Below, one piece after another: positions 17,274-28,828 of a DNA stretch of 32,000 nucleotides (positions are counted from its first letter, which is position 1; each line of letters opens with the position of its first letter). A model generated the notes under the pieces. It was not told where the DNA came from and ran no database searches. It worked only from the letters and a program-made list of their open reading frames with translations. The stretch spans positions 90,001 through 122,000 of the forward strand of contig ACYB01000038.1 of assembly GCA_000175855.1 (NCBI GenBank). Direction: 5' to 3'. The translations under genes and the position numbers were made by a program. This DNA comes from Raphidiopsis brookii D9 (GTDB taxonomy: Bacteria; Cyanobacteriota; Cyanobacteriia; Cyanobacteriales; Nostocaceae).

Positions 17274-19799
17274 ATGCGTGCAGTGCTAATGGCAGGTGGT
17301 TCAGGTACAAGACTACGTCCTTTAACCTGTGATCTACCCAAACCAATGGTTCCCATCTTAAACAGACCAATTGCTGAACATATTATTCATCTTCTTCGAG
17401 AAAATGAAATTACGGAAATAATTGCCACATTACACTACTTACCAGATGTAATTCGGGAATATTTTCAAGATGGTAGTGATTTTGGGGTGCAAATCACCTA
17501 TGCAATTGAAGAAGAACAAGGTCTAGGCACAGCGGGTTGTGTTAAGAATGTAGCTGAACTATTAGACGAGACATTTTTAGTAATAAGTGGTGATAGCATT
17601 ACAGATTTTGATTTAAAAGCAGCCATTGAGTTTCATAGGCAAAAAAACTCCAAGGCCACTTTAATATTAACCCGTGTTCCCAACCCAATTGAGTTTGGAG
17701 TGGTAATTACAGATGAGGAAGGACACATCAGAAGATTTTTAGAAAAACCTTCCACAGGGGAAGTTTTTTCCGACACGGTTAATACGGGCATTTATGTTTT
17801 AGAACCAGAAGTTTTAGAATACCTACCAGAAAATACGGAATCTGATTTTTCAAAAGACCTATTCCCCTTGCTATTAGAGAAAAATGAACCCATTTATGGT
17901 TATATTGCCCGAGGCTACTGGTGTGATGTAGGTCACCTAGATGCCTACAGAGAAGCACAATATGATGCTTTAAGGAGGAAAGTGAAATTAGAGATTGCCT
18001 ATAGGGAAGTTTCTCCCTCCCAATGGATAGGGCAAAATACTTATATTGACCCCACAGCAAAAATTGAGAGTCCCACTATTATTGGTAATAATTGCCGAAT
18101 TGGGGCCAGGGTAAAAATTGAGGATGGCACAGTAATTGGTGATAATGTAACCATTGGTGCAGATGCGAATTTAAAACGTCCCATAGTCTGGAATGGAGCG
18201 ATTATTGGGGAAGAAGCAGAACTATCTGCTTGTGTTATTTCCCGTGGTACTAGGGTAAACCGTCGTGCCCATGTAATGGAAGCTGCTATTGTGGGTTCCT
18301 TGTCTACGGTAGGAGAAGAGGCACAAATTAATCCAGGGATTCGGGTTTGGCCGAGTAAAAAGATTGAATCTGGTGCTGTTTTAAACATCAATTTGATATG
18401 GGGAAACACCGCTCAAAGAAACTTATTTGGTCAGCGAGGGGTACAAGGTTTGGCAAACATTGATATTAGTCCAGAATTTGCTGTGAAACTAGGTGTAGCT
18501 TATGGTTCCACCTTAAAACCAGGTTCCATAGTCAGCGTTTCCCGTGATCAGCGCACCGTCTCACGCATGGTCACCCGTTCTCTGATTGCTGGGTTAATGT
18601 CCGTAGGGGTAGATATTCAAAATCTTGACTCCACTGCAATTCCCATTACTAGAACCGTAATTCCCAAAATGGCTTTAGTTGGTGGAATTCATGTGCGGGT
18701 GCACCCGGACCGTCCTGATTATATCCTGATTGAGTTTATGGATGGTAAAGGAATTAATATTACTAAAGCTCAGGAAAAGAAAATTGAAGGCGCTTATTTT
18801 AAAGAGGACATGCGAAGGGCACAAAGTCATGAAATTGGAGACGTGTCCTATCCTGGTCAAGTCATAGATTATTATTGTACAGCTTTTGAAAATCTTTTAA
18901 ATGTAGAAACCTTACGTAATAGTCGAGCTAAGATTGTTATCGACTATGTTTATGCTGTTTCTGGTGCTGTCCTACCCCAGCTGTTGGATAAATTTGGTGC
19001 GGATGCAGTAGTTTTAAATGCTAGTGTAAATAGAACATCAATGACTATAACAACCAAAGAGGGTCTATTAACTCAATTAGGTCATGTAGTGGAAGCGTTG
19101 AAAGCGAACTTTGGTGTGCAGGTGTCCGCAAATGGGGAACAACTAATTTTAGTGGATGAGTCTGGTTATCCCGTGCGGGGAGAAATGCTGACAGCATTAA
19201 TGGTAGAAATGATGTTAACAGCTAATCCTCGAAGTTCTGTAGTTGTACCAGTTCATGCTTCGAGTGCAGTGGAACAGGTAGCACGTCGTCATGATGGTAG
19301 AGTAATTCGCACCAAAGCCAACCCTACAGCTTTAATGGAAGCTTGTCAGAAAAATCCCCATGTAGTATTAGGTGGTAGTGGAGAAACTGGTTTTATTTTC
19401 CCCCAATTACATCCTGGATTTGATTCCATGTTTTGCATTGCTAAATTAATTGAAATGTTAACAATTCAGGAGCGTTCCTTGACTGCTGTCCGGGGAGAGT
19501 TACCGCGAGTGATTCATAAAAACTCTACCATTCGTTGTCCTTGGATTACCAAAGGAGCTTTAATGCGTTATCTAGTGGAAACTCATCCCGCACACAACCT
19601 AGAATTGATTGACGGAGTAAAAATTTGCCAATCTTATGATGACAGTTGGGTATTAGTATTACCAGATGCAAGTGAACCCTTAGTGCATTTATTTGTTAAC
19701 AGTAGTGATAAGGAGTGGGCGGACGAAAATATGAGGATTTACCGTTATCGTGTACAAACTTTTGTGGAACGCCAACAGGAACATTACGCAGAAGTTTAA
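17274..19799 (+). CDS. Sugar nucleotidyltransferase (mannose-1-phosphate guanylyltransferase-like) fused to a phosphomannomutase-like domain (track start 17244; ATG at 17274 preferred)
   Basis: MRAVLMAGGSGTRLRPLTCDLPKPMVPILNRPI, VISGDSITDFDL, left-handed beta-helix repeats, then an alpha-D-phosphohexomutase-like C-terminal region. Confidence 0.92.
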   Translation: MRAVLMAGGSGTRLRPLTCDLPKPMVPILNRPIAEHIIHLLRENEITEIIATLHYLPDVIREYFQDGSDFGVQITYAIEEEQGLGTAGCVKNVAELLDETFLVISGDSITDFDLKAAIEFHRQKNSKATLILTRVPNPIEFGVVITDEEGHIRRFLEKPSTGEVFSDTVNTGIYVLEPEVLEYLPENTESDFSKDLFPLLLEKNEPIYGYIARGYWCDVGHLDAYREAQYDALRRKVKLEIAYREVSPSQWIGQNTYIDPTAKIESPTIIGNNCRIGARVKIEDGTVIGDNVTIGADANLKRPIVWNGAIIGEEAELSACVISRGTRVNRRAHVMEAAIVGSLSTVGEEAQINPGIRVWPSKKIESGAVLNINLIWGNTAQRNLFGQRGVQGLANIDISPEFAVKLGVAYGSTLKPGSIVSVSRDQRTVSRMVTRSLIAGLMSVGVDIQNLDSTAIPITRTVIPKMALVGGIHVRVHPDRPDYILIEFMDGKGINITKAQEKKIEGAYFKEDMRRAQSHEIGDVSYPGQVIDYYCTAFENLLNVETLRNSRAKIVIDYVYAVSGAVLPQLLDKFGADAVVLNASVNRTSMTITTKEGLLTQLGHVVEALKANFGVQVSANGEQLILVDESGYPVRGEMLTALMVEMMLTANPRSSVVVPVHASSAVEQVARRHDGRVIRTKANPTALMEACQKNPHVVLGGSGETGFIFPQLHPGFDSMFCIAKLIEMLTIQERSLTAVRGELPRVIHKNSTIRCPWITKGALMRYLVETHPAHNLELIDGVKICQSYDDSWVLVLPDASEPLVHLFVNSSDKEWADENMRIYRYRVQTFVERQQEHYAEV

Positions 19800-19858
19800 A
19801 CTGGGAATTGTAGCAGGTAAGATGCCTGCCACAATTCATTACTTCGGATTTAGAAGAT

Positions 19859-21330
<1,472 letters not shown>

Positions 21331-21359
21331 ATGTGTACAATTTTAGCACGTGGAATTGA

Positions 21360-22262
21360 TCAACGATCTGGGCGCCATCTGGTTTGAAACCTTTCCCAGG
21401 ATAATTTTAATTCTTCTGGCGGTGGATTTTTACCATCATAAACCAAAATTACATTGGTCAGTTTTCTTGCTGGTGGGACCAAAATCACATTATCTGATGC
21501 TAAGGCTCTAGATGGTCCACCGTCTAAATTCATTGCTTCATAGCACCCTATAGCTTTCATTGCTTCAGCTTCTTCTTCTAAATATAACTTCTCATCGAAA
21601 TTGGCTAAAAAAAGTCTTTTGCCGTCTTCAGAGAAACCAATTGCGGTTCTGAGACTAGTACCTAAAACAGCAGGGTCTTTAAAACCCTCAAGACGGGGAT
21701 TGACCGAAACTTCACCATTGCGCAATAATCGTGGTCCAGAGGTAATAGAAAACCAGTGTTTATTCCATTCTGGTCTACCTTCAACCCTTGCTGTTATCAT
21801 TTCTGGTTTATTACCAACACCCAATCCCAAAGTGGTGCCAAAGTTTTCCCATGGGCTATATTTTAAGGATCTTCCACCTGCGACCAGATTACCCATAACC
21901 GTTTTTTGGGGATTTGTGTAAGCAAAAGTACCATTCACCACCACCGCAGCTCCAGAGCGAGCAACCAATTGGTCAAAATTCTCATCACCATTGGTTCTAC
22001 TAATTGTATTGGCAAAATTGGCACTGTTGGGTAAACCAATGGTCAGAAGAATATTAGGATCTTCCAAATCAATGATTGTTTGATAAAATGGGATACCGTT
22101 AATTTGACTTCTATATGCTCGTACAGTCGGTATGATAGTTGGTGTCAGACTCGGTTGGCTGGGTGTAGTCGGTCTAACGGGCAAATCCAATCTCCAAACC
22201 TGGGTTAAAAAGGCACCTCCAAAAAGTAAAAAGGAGCGCCGAGGAACTTTAAACTTGGTCAT
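21360..22262 (-). CDS. Phosphodiester glycosidase (NAGPA-like) family protein with signal peptide
   Basis: RRSFLLFGGAF signal, AVVVNGTFA, ITSGPRLLRNG, CYEAMNLDGGPSRAL. Confidence 0.82.
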   Translation of the reverse strand: MTKFKVPRRSFLLFGGAFLTQVWRLDLPVRPTTPSQPSLTPTIIPTVRAYRSQINGIPFYQTIIDLEDPNILLTIGLPNSANFANTISRTNGDENFDQLVARSGAAVVVNGTFAYTNPQKTVMGNLVAGGRSLKYSPWENFGTTLGLGVGNKPEMITARVEGRPEWNKHWFSITSGPRLLRNGEVSVNPRLEGFKDPAVLGTSLRTAIGFSEDGKRLFLANFDEKLYLEEEAEAMKAIGCYEAMNLDGGPSRALASDNVILVPPARKLTNVILVYDGKNPPPEELKLSWERFQTRWRPDR

Positions 22263-22295
22263 AATAAAACCTTGTCAAGTGTTGAAAGCTAAGAA

Positions 22296-22874
22296 ATGAT
22301 GGCTCACAACTTCAAGTATATTATTTTTCATAAGCCCTATGGAGTCCTGAGCCAATTTACCCGGGAACTTCCTGAACATGTTACCCTCAAAGACTATATT
22401 GATGTCCCGGATGTATATCCTGTGGGACGTTTAGATTGGGATAGCGAGGGGTTACTGTTACTCACCAATGATGGCAAATTACAACATCATATTGCCAACC
22501 CCCGTTTTGGTCACCAACGTACCTATTGGGTTCAGGTGGAACGCATTCCTGACCCAGTAGCTATTGCTAAATTGGGCCAGGGAGTGGAAATTCAAAATTA
22601 TCGCACTCTTCCTGCTCAGGTTAAACTGTTATTGGAAGAGCCAACTGTTGGTGAGCGTCACCCTCCCATCAGGTATAGGAAAAACGTTCCCACCGCTTGG
22701 TTGGAAATGACCCTCAAGGAAGGAAAAAACCGTCAAGTTAGACGTATGACCGCTGCTGTGGGTTTTCCTACCTTAAGGTTAATTAGAATCCGTATAGCTC
22801 AACTACAATTAGATGATTTACCGGTGGGTACCTGGCGCTATCTTGGCCCTGTCGAGGTCAATTTAATTGTTTAA
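22296..22874 (+). CDS. Pseudouridine synthase (RsuA/RluE family)
   Basis: YIIFHKPYGVLSQF, YPVGRLDWDSEGLLLLTNDG, LKEGKNRQVRRMTAAVGFPTLRLIR. Confidence 0.93.
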   Translation: MMAHNFKYIIFHKPYGVLSQFTRELPEHVTLKDYIDVPDVYPVGRLDWDSEGLLLLTNDGKLQHHIANPRFGHQRTYWVQVERIPDPVAIAKLGQGVEIQNYRTLPAQVKLLLEEPTVGERHPPIRYRKNVPTAWLEMTLKEGKNRQVRRMTAAVGFPTLRLIRIRIAQLQLDDLPVGTWRYLGPVEVNLIV

Positions 22875-22977
22875 TGGAGAAATCGCTGGTAAGCTATTGC
22901 TCAAGAGCATAAATAATTTTAAAAACTATTATGGTTGACCACAGTTTTTCCCTAACAAAAGAGCTTTTGCACTACTT

Positions 22978-23008
22978 AAAAAGCGATCGCCCCAGACGAT
23001 CGCTTTTT
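22978..23008. terminator. Bidirectional intrinsic-type terminator between convergent genes, built around HIP1-like sequence
   Basis: AAAAAGCGATCG CCCCAGA CGATCGCTTTTT, perfect 12-bp inverted repeat with poly-A/poly-T flanks, between the pseudouridine synthase gene (+) and ctaB (-). Confidence 0.85.
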
Positions 23009-23027
23009 GTTTGTCTGGAGAAAGTTC

Positions 23028-23982
23028 CTAACCAACCAAATGGAAACTGTGGAGAATTGTATTCACCAAATAATGGGTAAAGGGTAAACTATCAATTACC
23101 ATTCCTAAACACAATAGCATCATGTAAGAAATAGAGTACAAAAACAACTCTTTGGCAATAGTTTTATCTTCCGGATTTTGCAATAATCGCCAAGATTTGT
23201 GCAGAAAGATTCCACCCAAGGTCATGGCTATCACCACATAAACAATCCCACTAGCATGTAAGGGATAAAACAACAATACCGTAGAGGTCACGGTAATTAC
23301 CGTATAAAACCAAATCTGTCGGACCGTGGCTTGATTACCGGCAACCACAGGTAACATAGGAATCCCAACTTTTGCGTAGTCGTCCCGAATCATCATGGCT
23401 AAAGCCCAGAAGTGGGGGGTGTCCATAAAAATACAATGGCAAAAAGTAAACCAAGCTGCCCAACTCAAGGTATCTGTAACTGCTGCCCAACCAACTAAAG
23501 CGGGAATGGCACCAGCTGCACCCCCAATAACAATGTTTTGAGTGCTATGGCGTTTTAGCCAATGGGTATAGACTAAAACATAAAAAACAATACCAGAAAA
23601 TGCTAAAAGTGCAGCCAGTAGATTGGCAAAAACAGTTAATAGGGTAAAGGAAGCTATAGCTAGGGCGATCGCAAAAATTAAAAGCATCCCTAAATTGCAC
23701 CTTACCAGAGGGCATGGGACGGTGACGCGTCCTTTCCATTTCATAATCTATATCCCGGTCATAGATACAGTTAATGGTTTGGGCGCTAGCTGCTGCCAGG
23801 GTTCCACCCAAGAGAGTCACTAATAATAGCCAAGGGTCAACTTGTCCTTTAGCAGCGATCCACATACTACCAGAAGTAGTAATCAAAAGCAGCGGAATAA
23901 TCCGAGGCTTAGTTAACTGATAGTAACTTTGAATCACTTGCAAAAATGAATCATGGTGACGAGAGACATTAGTCTCAATCAT
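23028..23982 (-). pseudogene. ctaB: Heme O synthase (protoheme IX farnesyltransferase), apparently split by one +1 nt frameshift (track ORFs 23545..23982 and 23028..23744)
   Basis: N part [22 protein letters not shown]...[32 protein letters not shown] continues after the frame change into [65 protein letters not shown]. The change lies at the A-runs around 23673..23683. Confidence 0.92.
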
Positions 23983-24008
23983 GTTGGTTATACTTCCTTT
24001 ATCAATTA

Positions 24009-24936
24009 CTAATTATTTAGGTAACTAGGGTTACTAATGCTTCTGTCTCGTAAAGCCAGAACGGTAAAAACTACTAGAGTTCCTAACAGAGTAGCTCCGA
24101 CTGCTTGGTGAGTTATAGTGAGAGGTTCAACTTGTAAATGTAATCGGAAGGTGGCCAAACCCAACAGCAATTGTGAAATTAACAACCCACCTGCTAGATT
24201 AGCCAATTTTCGCAAAACGGGATGTAATGCTGGAGTACGCCAGGAAATAAAGACCATGGACAAAGTTGCTACCGTGGGGGGTAATAAACCAAAAATATGG
24301 CTATACATAACACCACACAACTCCTCTCCTGCTAAACATTGATGTAATGCCCAACGGGAACCTACCAAAGCACCTAAAAGACTTTGTAGATAGACCAAAA
24401 CTGCAGCTGTTAAACTCACCCAAGGAAGTTTGCCCACAGCACCTGTTCCTTTATAAGGAATAAGGAATGTACCAATGACTAATAGAGTAGTGAAAAATAA
24501 GAGTGCGGTTGCTAAATGAGCAGTTACAATATCAAACCGCAACAATTCAGTCACGGTCAGTCCGCCCAAAATTCCTTGAAATACGATTAATAACAGAGCG
24601 AAAGTAGCAGCTCCTGGTAACCATAGAGGTAAAACACGACGATGCCACCAACATAAACCTGTTAAGGCAATCGCACTTAAGCCAATTAAAAGCAGCATCT
24701 AATCTATGGAACCACTCCAAGAAGACTTGAAGATTCATTTGTTTAGTCGGCACCAATTCGCCATAACACAAGGGCCAGTCTGGACAAGCCAAACCAGCAT
24801 TCATTACGCGAGTAGCACTACCTATAGCCATCAAAATCAAAGTGGCTATACAAATTTTCCAAACCAGGCGCCGAATGAGTTCCTGGGGATGATTCTCTAC
24901 CGCCTCATTTTGTTGTTCTAGGACAAATTCACTCAT
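24009..24936 (-). pseudogene. ctaA: Heme A synthase (COX15/CtaA), apparently split by one +1 nt frameshift (track ORFs 24547..25002 and 24009..24698)
   Basis: N part MSEFVLEQQ...RLVWKICIATLILMAIGSATRVMNAGLACPDWPLCYGELVPT..VFLEWFHRLDAA continues after the frame change into LIGLSAIALTGLCWWHRRVLPLWL...QGILGGLTVTELLRFDIVTAHLATALLFFTTLLV. The change lies at A-run 24688..24691. Confidence 0.92.
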
Positions 24937-25339
24937 GAACGATACCCGATCCATTCTAGAGACTGAGAAAGACACACACCTACACCTTAACCTATCGGTC
25001 AAAATTGCCAGATGGGCTTTCCTTTATAATTTGAATCCTCCAGGGCTATCTTGACTGTAAGATTTAGGCATTTTTTAAGATACTAATAATTGGTTATTGA
25101 CAAATTTGCCAACTTTTGGCCTCATGAATAATGCAGATTAGAGACCAAGTGGGGATAAATTGCCTAATTTGCCGAAAAAATAACAGCTAATGTTGCCATA
25201 CATAATGAATGCTCCTAGAAGCAACATGAGAAAAACTTAACAAAAATTTTAGACATCACAACCCAATCTTCTCACAGCTGCACTACCTTGGTATATGGGT
25301 TACTAAATAAATTCAATCAAGTAAAACCTCAAATAAGCC

Positions 25340-26356
25340 GTGAAAATTCCAAATTCCATCTGGACATTACTCATTGGCATCGCTCTCACTCTAACTAGTC
25401 TTTGGTACGGTCAGAATCATGGGCTGTTACCCGCAGCAGCAGCAGATGAAGCTGTATTAATAGACGGTCTGTTTGATGCGATGTTAACGGTCTCTATAGG
25501 CATATTTCTCTTAGTCGAAGGTATTTTAATTTACTCAGTATTTAAATATCGTCGGCGTGCGGGTGATAACGAAGATGGTCCAGCTATTGAAGGCAACATT
25601 CCTCTGGAAATACTTTGGACAGCAATTCCAGCAGTGATAGTCCTGGGCATTTCTGTATACAGTTTTGATGTATACAATCAAATTGGGGGATTAGATCCTC
25701 ATGGAGGACATGATGCTCCCATCATGGAGGAAGCTAGGGTTATGCCAGGTACTGCTATTGCGGCTACTCTCAGTGACAAGCCAGTAAATAGATCAGTCCA
25801 TCACCAAGATTCCCCTGCCCCCATGGAAATTGCTCAGGCGGAAATCGCATCCAATGAAGCGAAACCACTAGTGGTTGAAGTCTCAGCTTTACAATACGCT
25901 TGGATATTCACCTATCCAGATGCGGGGATAACCACAGGGGAAATTCACGTTCCTGTGGGTCAACAAGTACAGATGAAGATGACAGCTAATGATGTGATTC
26001 ACGCCTTTTGGGTTCCAGAATTTCGTCTGAAACAAGATGTGATCCCAGGTAGGGAAACTCGAGTCCGCTTCACTCCCAAAAAAGAGGGAACCTATACTGT
26101 GGTTTGTGCAGAACTCTGTGGACCCTACCATGGTGCTATGCAAACTCAAGTCATAGTAGAGTCAAAACAAGCCTTTGATGCCTGGGTTCAGGAACAGTTA
26201 CTGGCGGAAAAAGAAACTATTAATCAGGCGATCGCCCTGAATCCCTCCGCTATGTCAGCTGATGAGTTTCTGGCCCCCTATATGCAAAAGATGCATATTC
26301 ACCCAGAAACCTTAGGAATAGGAAAGGTACTTTTAGAATCTTTCTCAAAGTCATAG
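25340..26356 (+). CDS. coxB: Cytochrome c oxidase subunit II (GTG start)
   Basis: Two N-terminal TM helices, QYAWIFTYPDAG, DVIHAFWVPEFRLKQDVIPGR, CuA motif CAELCGPYHGAM. Confidence 0.97.
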   Translation: MKIPNSIWTLLIGIALTLTSLWYGQNHGLLPAAAADEAVLIDGLFDAMLTVSIGIFLLVEGILIYSVFKYRRRAGDNEDGPAIEGNIPLEILWTAIPAVIVLGISVYSFDVYNQIGGLDPHGGHDAPIMEEARVMPGTAIAATLSDKPVNRSVHHQDSPAPMEIAQAEIASNEAKPLVVEVSALQYAWIFTYPDAGITTGEIHVPVGQQVQMKMTANDVIHAFWVPEFRLKQDVIPGRETRVRFTPKKEGTYTVVCAELCGPYHGAMQTQVIVESKQAFDAWVQEQLLAEKETINQAIALNPSAMSADEFLAPYMQKMHIHPETLGIGKVLLESFSKS

Positions 26357-26430
26357 CTGGTAAAGATATGGCTTAAATATATCGGGAGAAAACACCTTTT
26401 GAACTTCCTAAATGGAAAGCCCCTATAACT

Positions 26431-28050
26431 ATGACACAAGCTCAATTACAAGACACCTCTCACCTGGCCATACCCCATGAACAATTGGGGGGAAGAAAGT
26501 GGTGGGAATTTTTTACTTTTAATACCGACCACAAGGTAATCGGGATTCAATATCTAGTGACATCGTTTATTTTTTACTGTATTGGCGGTGTCATGGCAGA
26601 TTTGGTACGGACAGAATTACGCACTCCAGAAGTAGATTTTGTCACGCCAGAAGTTTATAACAGTCTGTTTACTCTCCATGCCACGATCATGATTTTCCTC
26701 TGGATAGTTCCAGCGGGGGCGGGTTTTGCCAATTATCTGATTCCCTTGATGATTGGAGCTAGGGATATGGCTTTTCCCCGGTTGAATGCGGTGGCTTTTT
26801 GGATGATTCCTCCTTCAGGTATATTATTAGTTGCCAGCTTAGTGGTGGGCGATGCTCCAGATGCTGGTTGGACTTCCTATCCTCCCCTGAGTTTAATGAC
26901 CGGTGAGGTGGGTGAAGCCATTTGGATTATGAGTATTCTGTTACTAGGTACATCCTCAATTTTAGGAGCAATTAATTTTTTGGTCACCATGCTGAAAATG
27001 CGTGTTCCTAGCATGGGGATTCATAAAATGCCCCTGTTTTGCTGGGCTATGTTGGCAACTTCCGCCCTGGTTTTATTATCCACACCTGTTTTGGCAGGAG
27101 CATTGATTCTACTGGCTTTTGATTTGTTAGCAGGAACCACCTTTTTTAATCCCACTGGTGGTGGTGACCCGGTAGTTTACCAACACATGTTTTGGTTCTA
27201 CTCTCACCCAGCGGTGTATATTATGATTTTGCCTTTCTTTGGCGCAATTTCAGAAATTATACCAGTTCATGCTCGCAAACCCATTTTTGGTTATAAGGCG
27301 ATCGCCTATTCTTCTCTAGCGATTAGTTTTTTGGGTTTAATTGTTTGGGCCCACCACATGTTTACCAGTGGTATTCCGGGTTGGTTACGGATGTTCTTTA
27401 TGATTACGACCATGATCATCGCCGTGCCCACGGGGATCAAAATCTTTAGTTGGTTAGCAACCATCTGGGGAGGGAAAGTGGAATTAAATACTCCCATGTT
27501 ATTTGCTATTGGTTTTGTGGGTACTTTCGTCATTGGTGGTATCAGCGGTGTGATGTTAGCCTCTGTACCTTTTGACATTCATGTTCATGACACCTACTTT
27601 GTAGTTGCCCATTTGCACTATGTACTATTTGGTGGTAGTGTGCTGGGGATTTTTGCCGCTATTTATCATTGGTTTCCCAAAATGACAGGGAGAATGATGA
27701 ATGAGTTTTGGGGTAAGGTTCACTTTGCTCTAACTATTGTTGGGTTAAATATGTCCTTTTTGCCCATGCACAAATTAGGACTAATGGGTATGAACCGTCG
27801 TATTGCCCAATATGACCCAAAATTCACCACCTTAAATGAAATATGTACATACGGGGCTTATATTCTAGCTGTTTCCACTTTGCCCTTTATTATCAATGCT
27901 GTATGGAGTTGGTTATATGGGCCCAAAGCTAGTAATAATCCTTGGCGTGGTCTGACTTTAGAGTGGATGACCACCTCCCCACCAGAAATTGAAAACTTTG
28001 AAAAACTGCCCGTTTTGACCACAGGTCCCTATGACTACGGTGTGAAATAA
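26431..28050 (+). CDS. coxA: Cytochrome c oxidase subunit I
   Basis: WWEFFTFNTDHKVIGIQYL, HATIMIFLWIVPAGAGFANYLIP, VYQHMFWFYSHPAVYIMILPFFG, VWAHHMFTSG, HDTYFVVAHLHYVLFGG. Confidence 0.98.
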   Translation: MTQAQLQDTSHLAIPHEQLGGRKWWEFFTFNTDHKVIGIQYLVTSFIFYCIGGVMADLVRTELRTPEVDFVTPEVYNSLFTLHATIMIFLWIVPAGAGFANYLIPLMIGARDMAFPRLNAVAFWMIPPSGILLVASLVVGDAPDAGWTSYPPLSLMTGEVGEAIWIMSILLLGTSSILGAINFLVTMLKMRVPSMGIHKMPLFCWAMLATSALVLLSTPVLAGALILLAFDLLAGTTFFNPTGGGDPVVYQHMFWFYSHPAVYIMILPFFGAISEIIPVHARKPIFGYKAIAYSSLAISFLGLIVWAHHMFTSGIPGWLRMFFMITTMIIAVPTGIKIFSWLATIWGGKVELNTPMLFAIGFVGTFVIGGISGVMLASVPFDIHVHDTYFVVAHLHYVLFGGSVLGIFAAIYHWFPKMTGRMMNEFWGKVHFALTIVGLNMSFLPMHKLGLMGMNRRIAQYDPKFTTLNEICTYGAYILAVSTLPFIINAVWSWLYGPKASNNPWRGLTLEWMTTSPPEIENFEKLPVLTTGPYDYGVK

Positions 28051-28130
28051 AACGAAACCTAAATTTTGCAGCAATTGTAGGGGAAAGGGGGATTTAACTA
28101 GCAATTACTTATTTACTACTGTCAAAATTT

Positions 28131-28748
28131 ATGCAAAGTCAAATTGTGGACACTGCTCAACTCACAGCAAATCATCAGCTTCATCTAGATGGTCATCATG
28201 AAGCACACCCGGATTATCGTTTGTTTGGTCTGGTGGTGTTTCTCATTGCTGAGGGGATGATTTTTATGGGTATGTTTGGAGCTTATCTAGCTTTCCGCTC
28301 TACCTTATCTGTATGGCCACCAGAAGGTACACCTGAATTGGAACTATTATTACCGGGTGTGAATACTATAAATTTGATTGCTAGCAGTTTTGTTATGCAC
28401 AACGCTGATACAGCAATTAAAAAGAATGACGAAAAAGGAATGCGTATATGGTTAGCTATTACTGCTGCCATGGGAATAATTTTTCTGTTTGGTCAAGTTT
28501 ATGAATATACCCATTTGGAATTTGGTTTAACCACCAATCTTTTTGCCAGTGCATTCTACGTCTTGACTGGTTTCCACGGTTTGCATGTTACCTTGGGAGT
28601 TTTGCTAATTTTGTCCGTTTTGTGGCGCTCTCGTCATTCTGGACACTATAATAGTCAAAGTCATTTTGGTATAGAAGCTGCGGAATTGTATTGGCACTTT
28701 GTAGACGTGATCTGGATTGTTTTATTTGGATTACTTTATTTGCTGTAA
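28131..28748 (+). CDS. coxC: Cytochrome c oxidase subunit III
   Basis: GLVVFLIAEGMIFMGMFGAYLAFRS, YVLTGFHGLHVTLGVLLIL, AELYWHFVDVIWIVLFGLLYLL. Confidence 0.97.
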   Translation: MQSQIVDTAQLTANHQLHLDGHHEAHPDYRLFGLVVFLIAEGMIFMGMFGAYLAFRSTLSVWPPEGTPELELLLPGVNTINLIASSFVMHNADTAIKKNDEKGMRIWLAITAAMGIIFLFGQVYEYTHLEFGLTTNLFASAFYVLTGFHGLHVTLGVLLILSVLWRSRHSGHYNSQSHFGIEAAELYWHFVDVIWIVLFGLLYLL

Positions 28749-28768
28749 GTTGCATTTTATAGCTCTAT

Positions 28769-28810
28769 TATAGCCATAGTCACCGCTTTGACTAAGGCTA
28801 TATGGCTATA
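28769..28810. terminator. Imperfect hairpin between convergent coxC and the downstream minus-strand gene
   Basis: TATAGCCATAGTCA CCGCTT TGACTAAGGCTATATGGCTATA inverted repeat in the convergent intergenic gap. Confidence 0.5.
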
Positions 28811-28828
28811 TTGTGTTCCCAGGATAAG

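Noticed and set aside
23028-24936. Interpretation of the four ORFs as four separate small membrane proteins
   Set aside because: The pairs join exactly into the conserved CtaB and CtaA sequences after a single-base correction each, so independent genes are unlikely.
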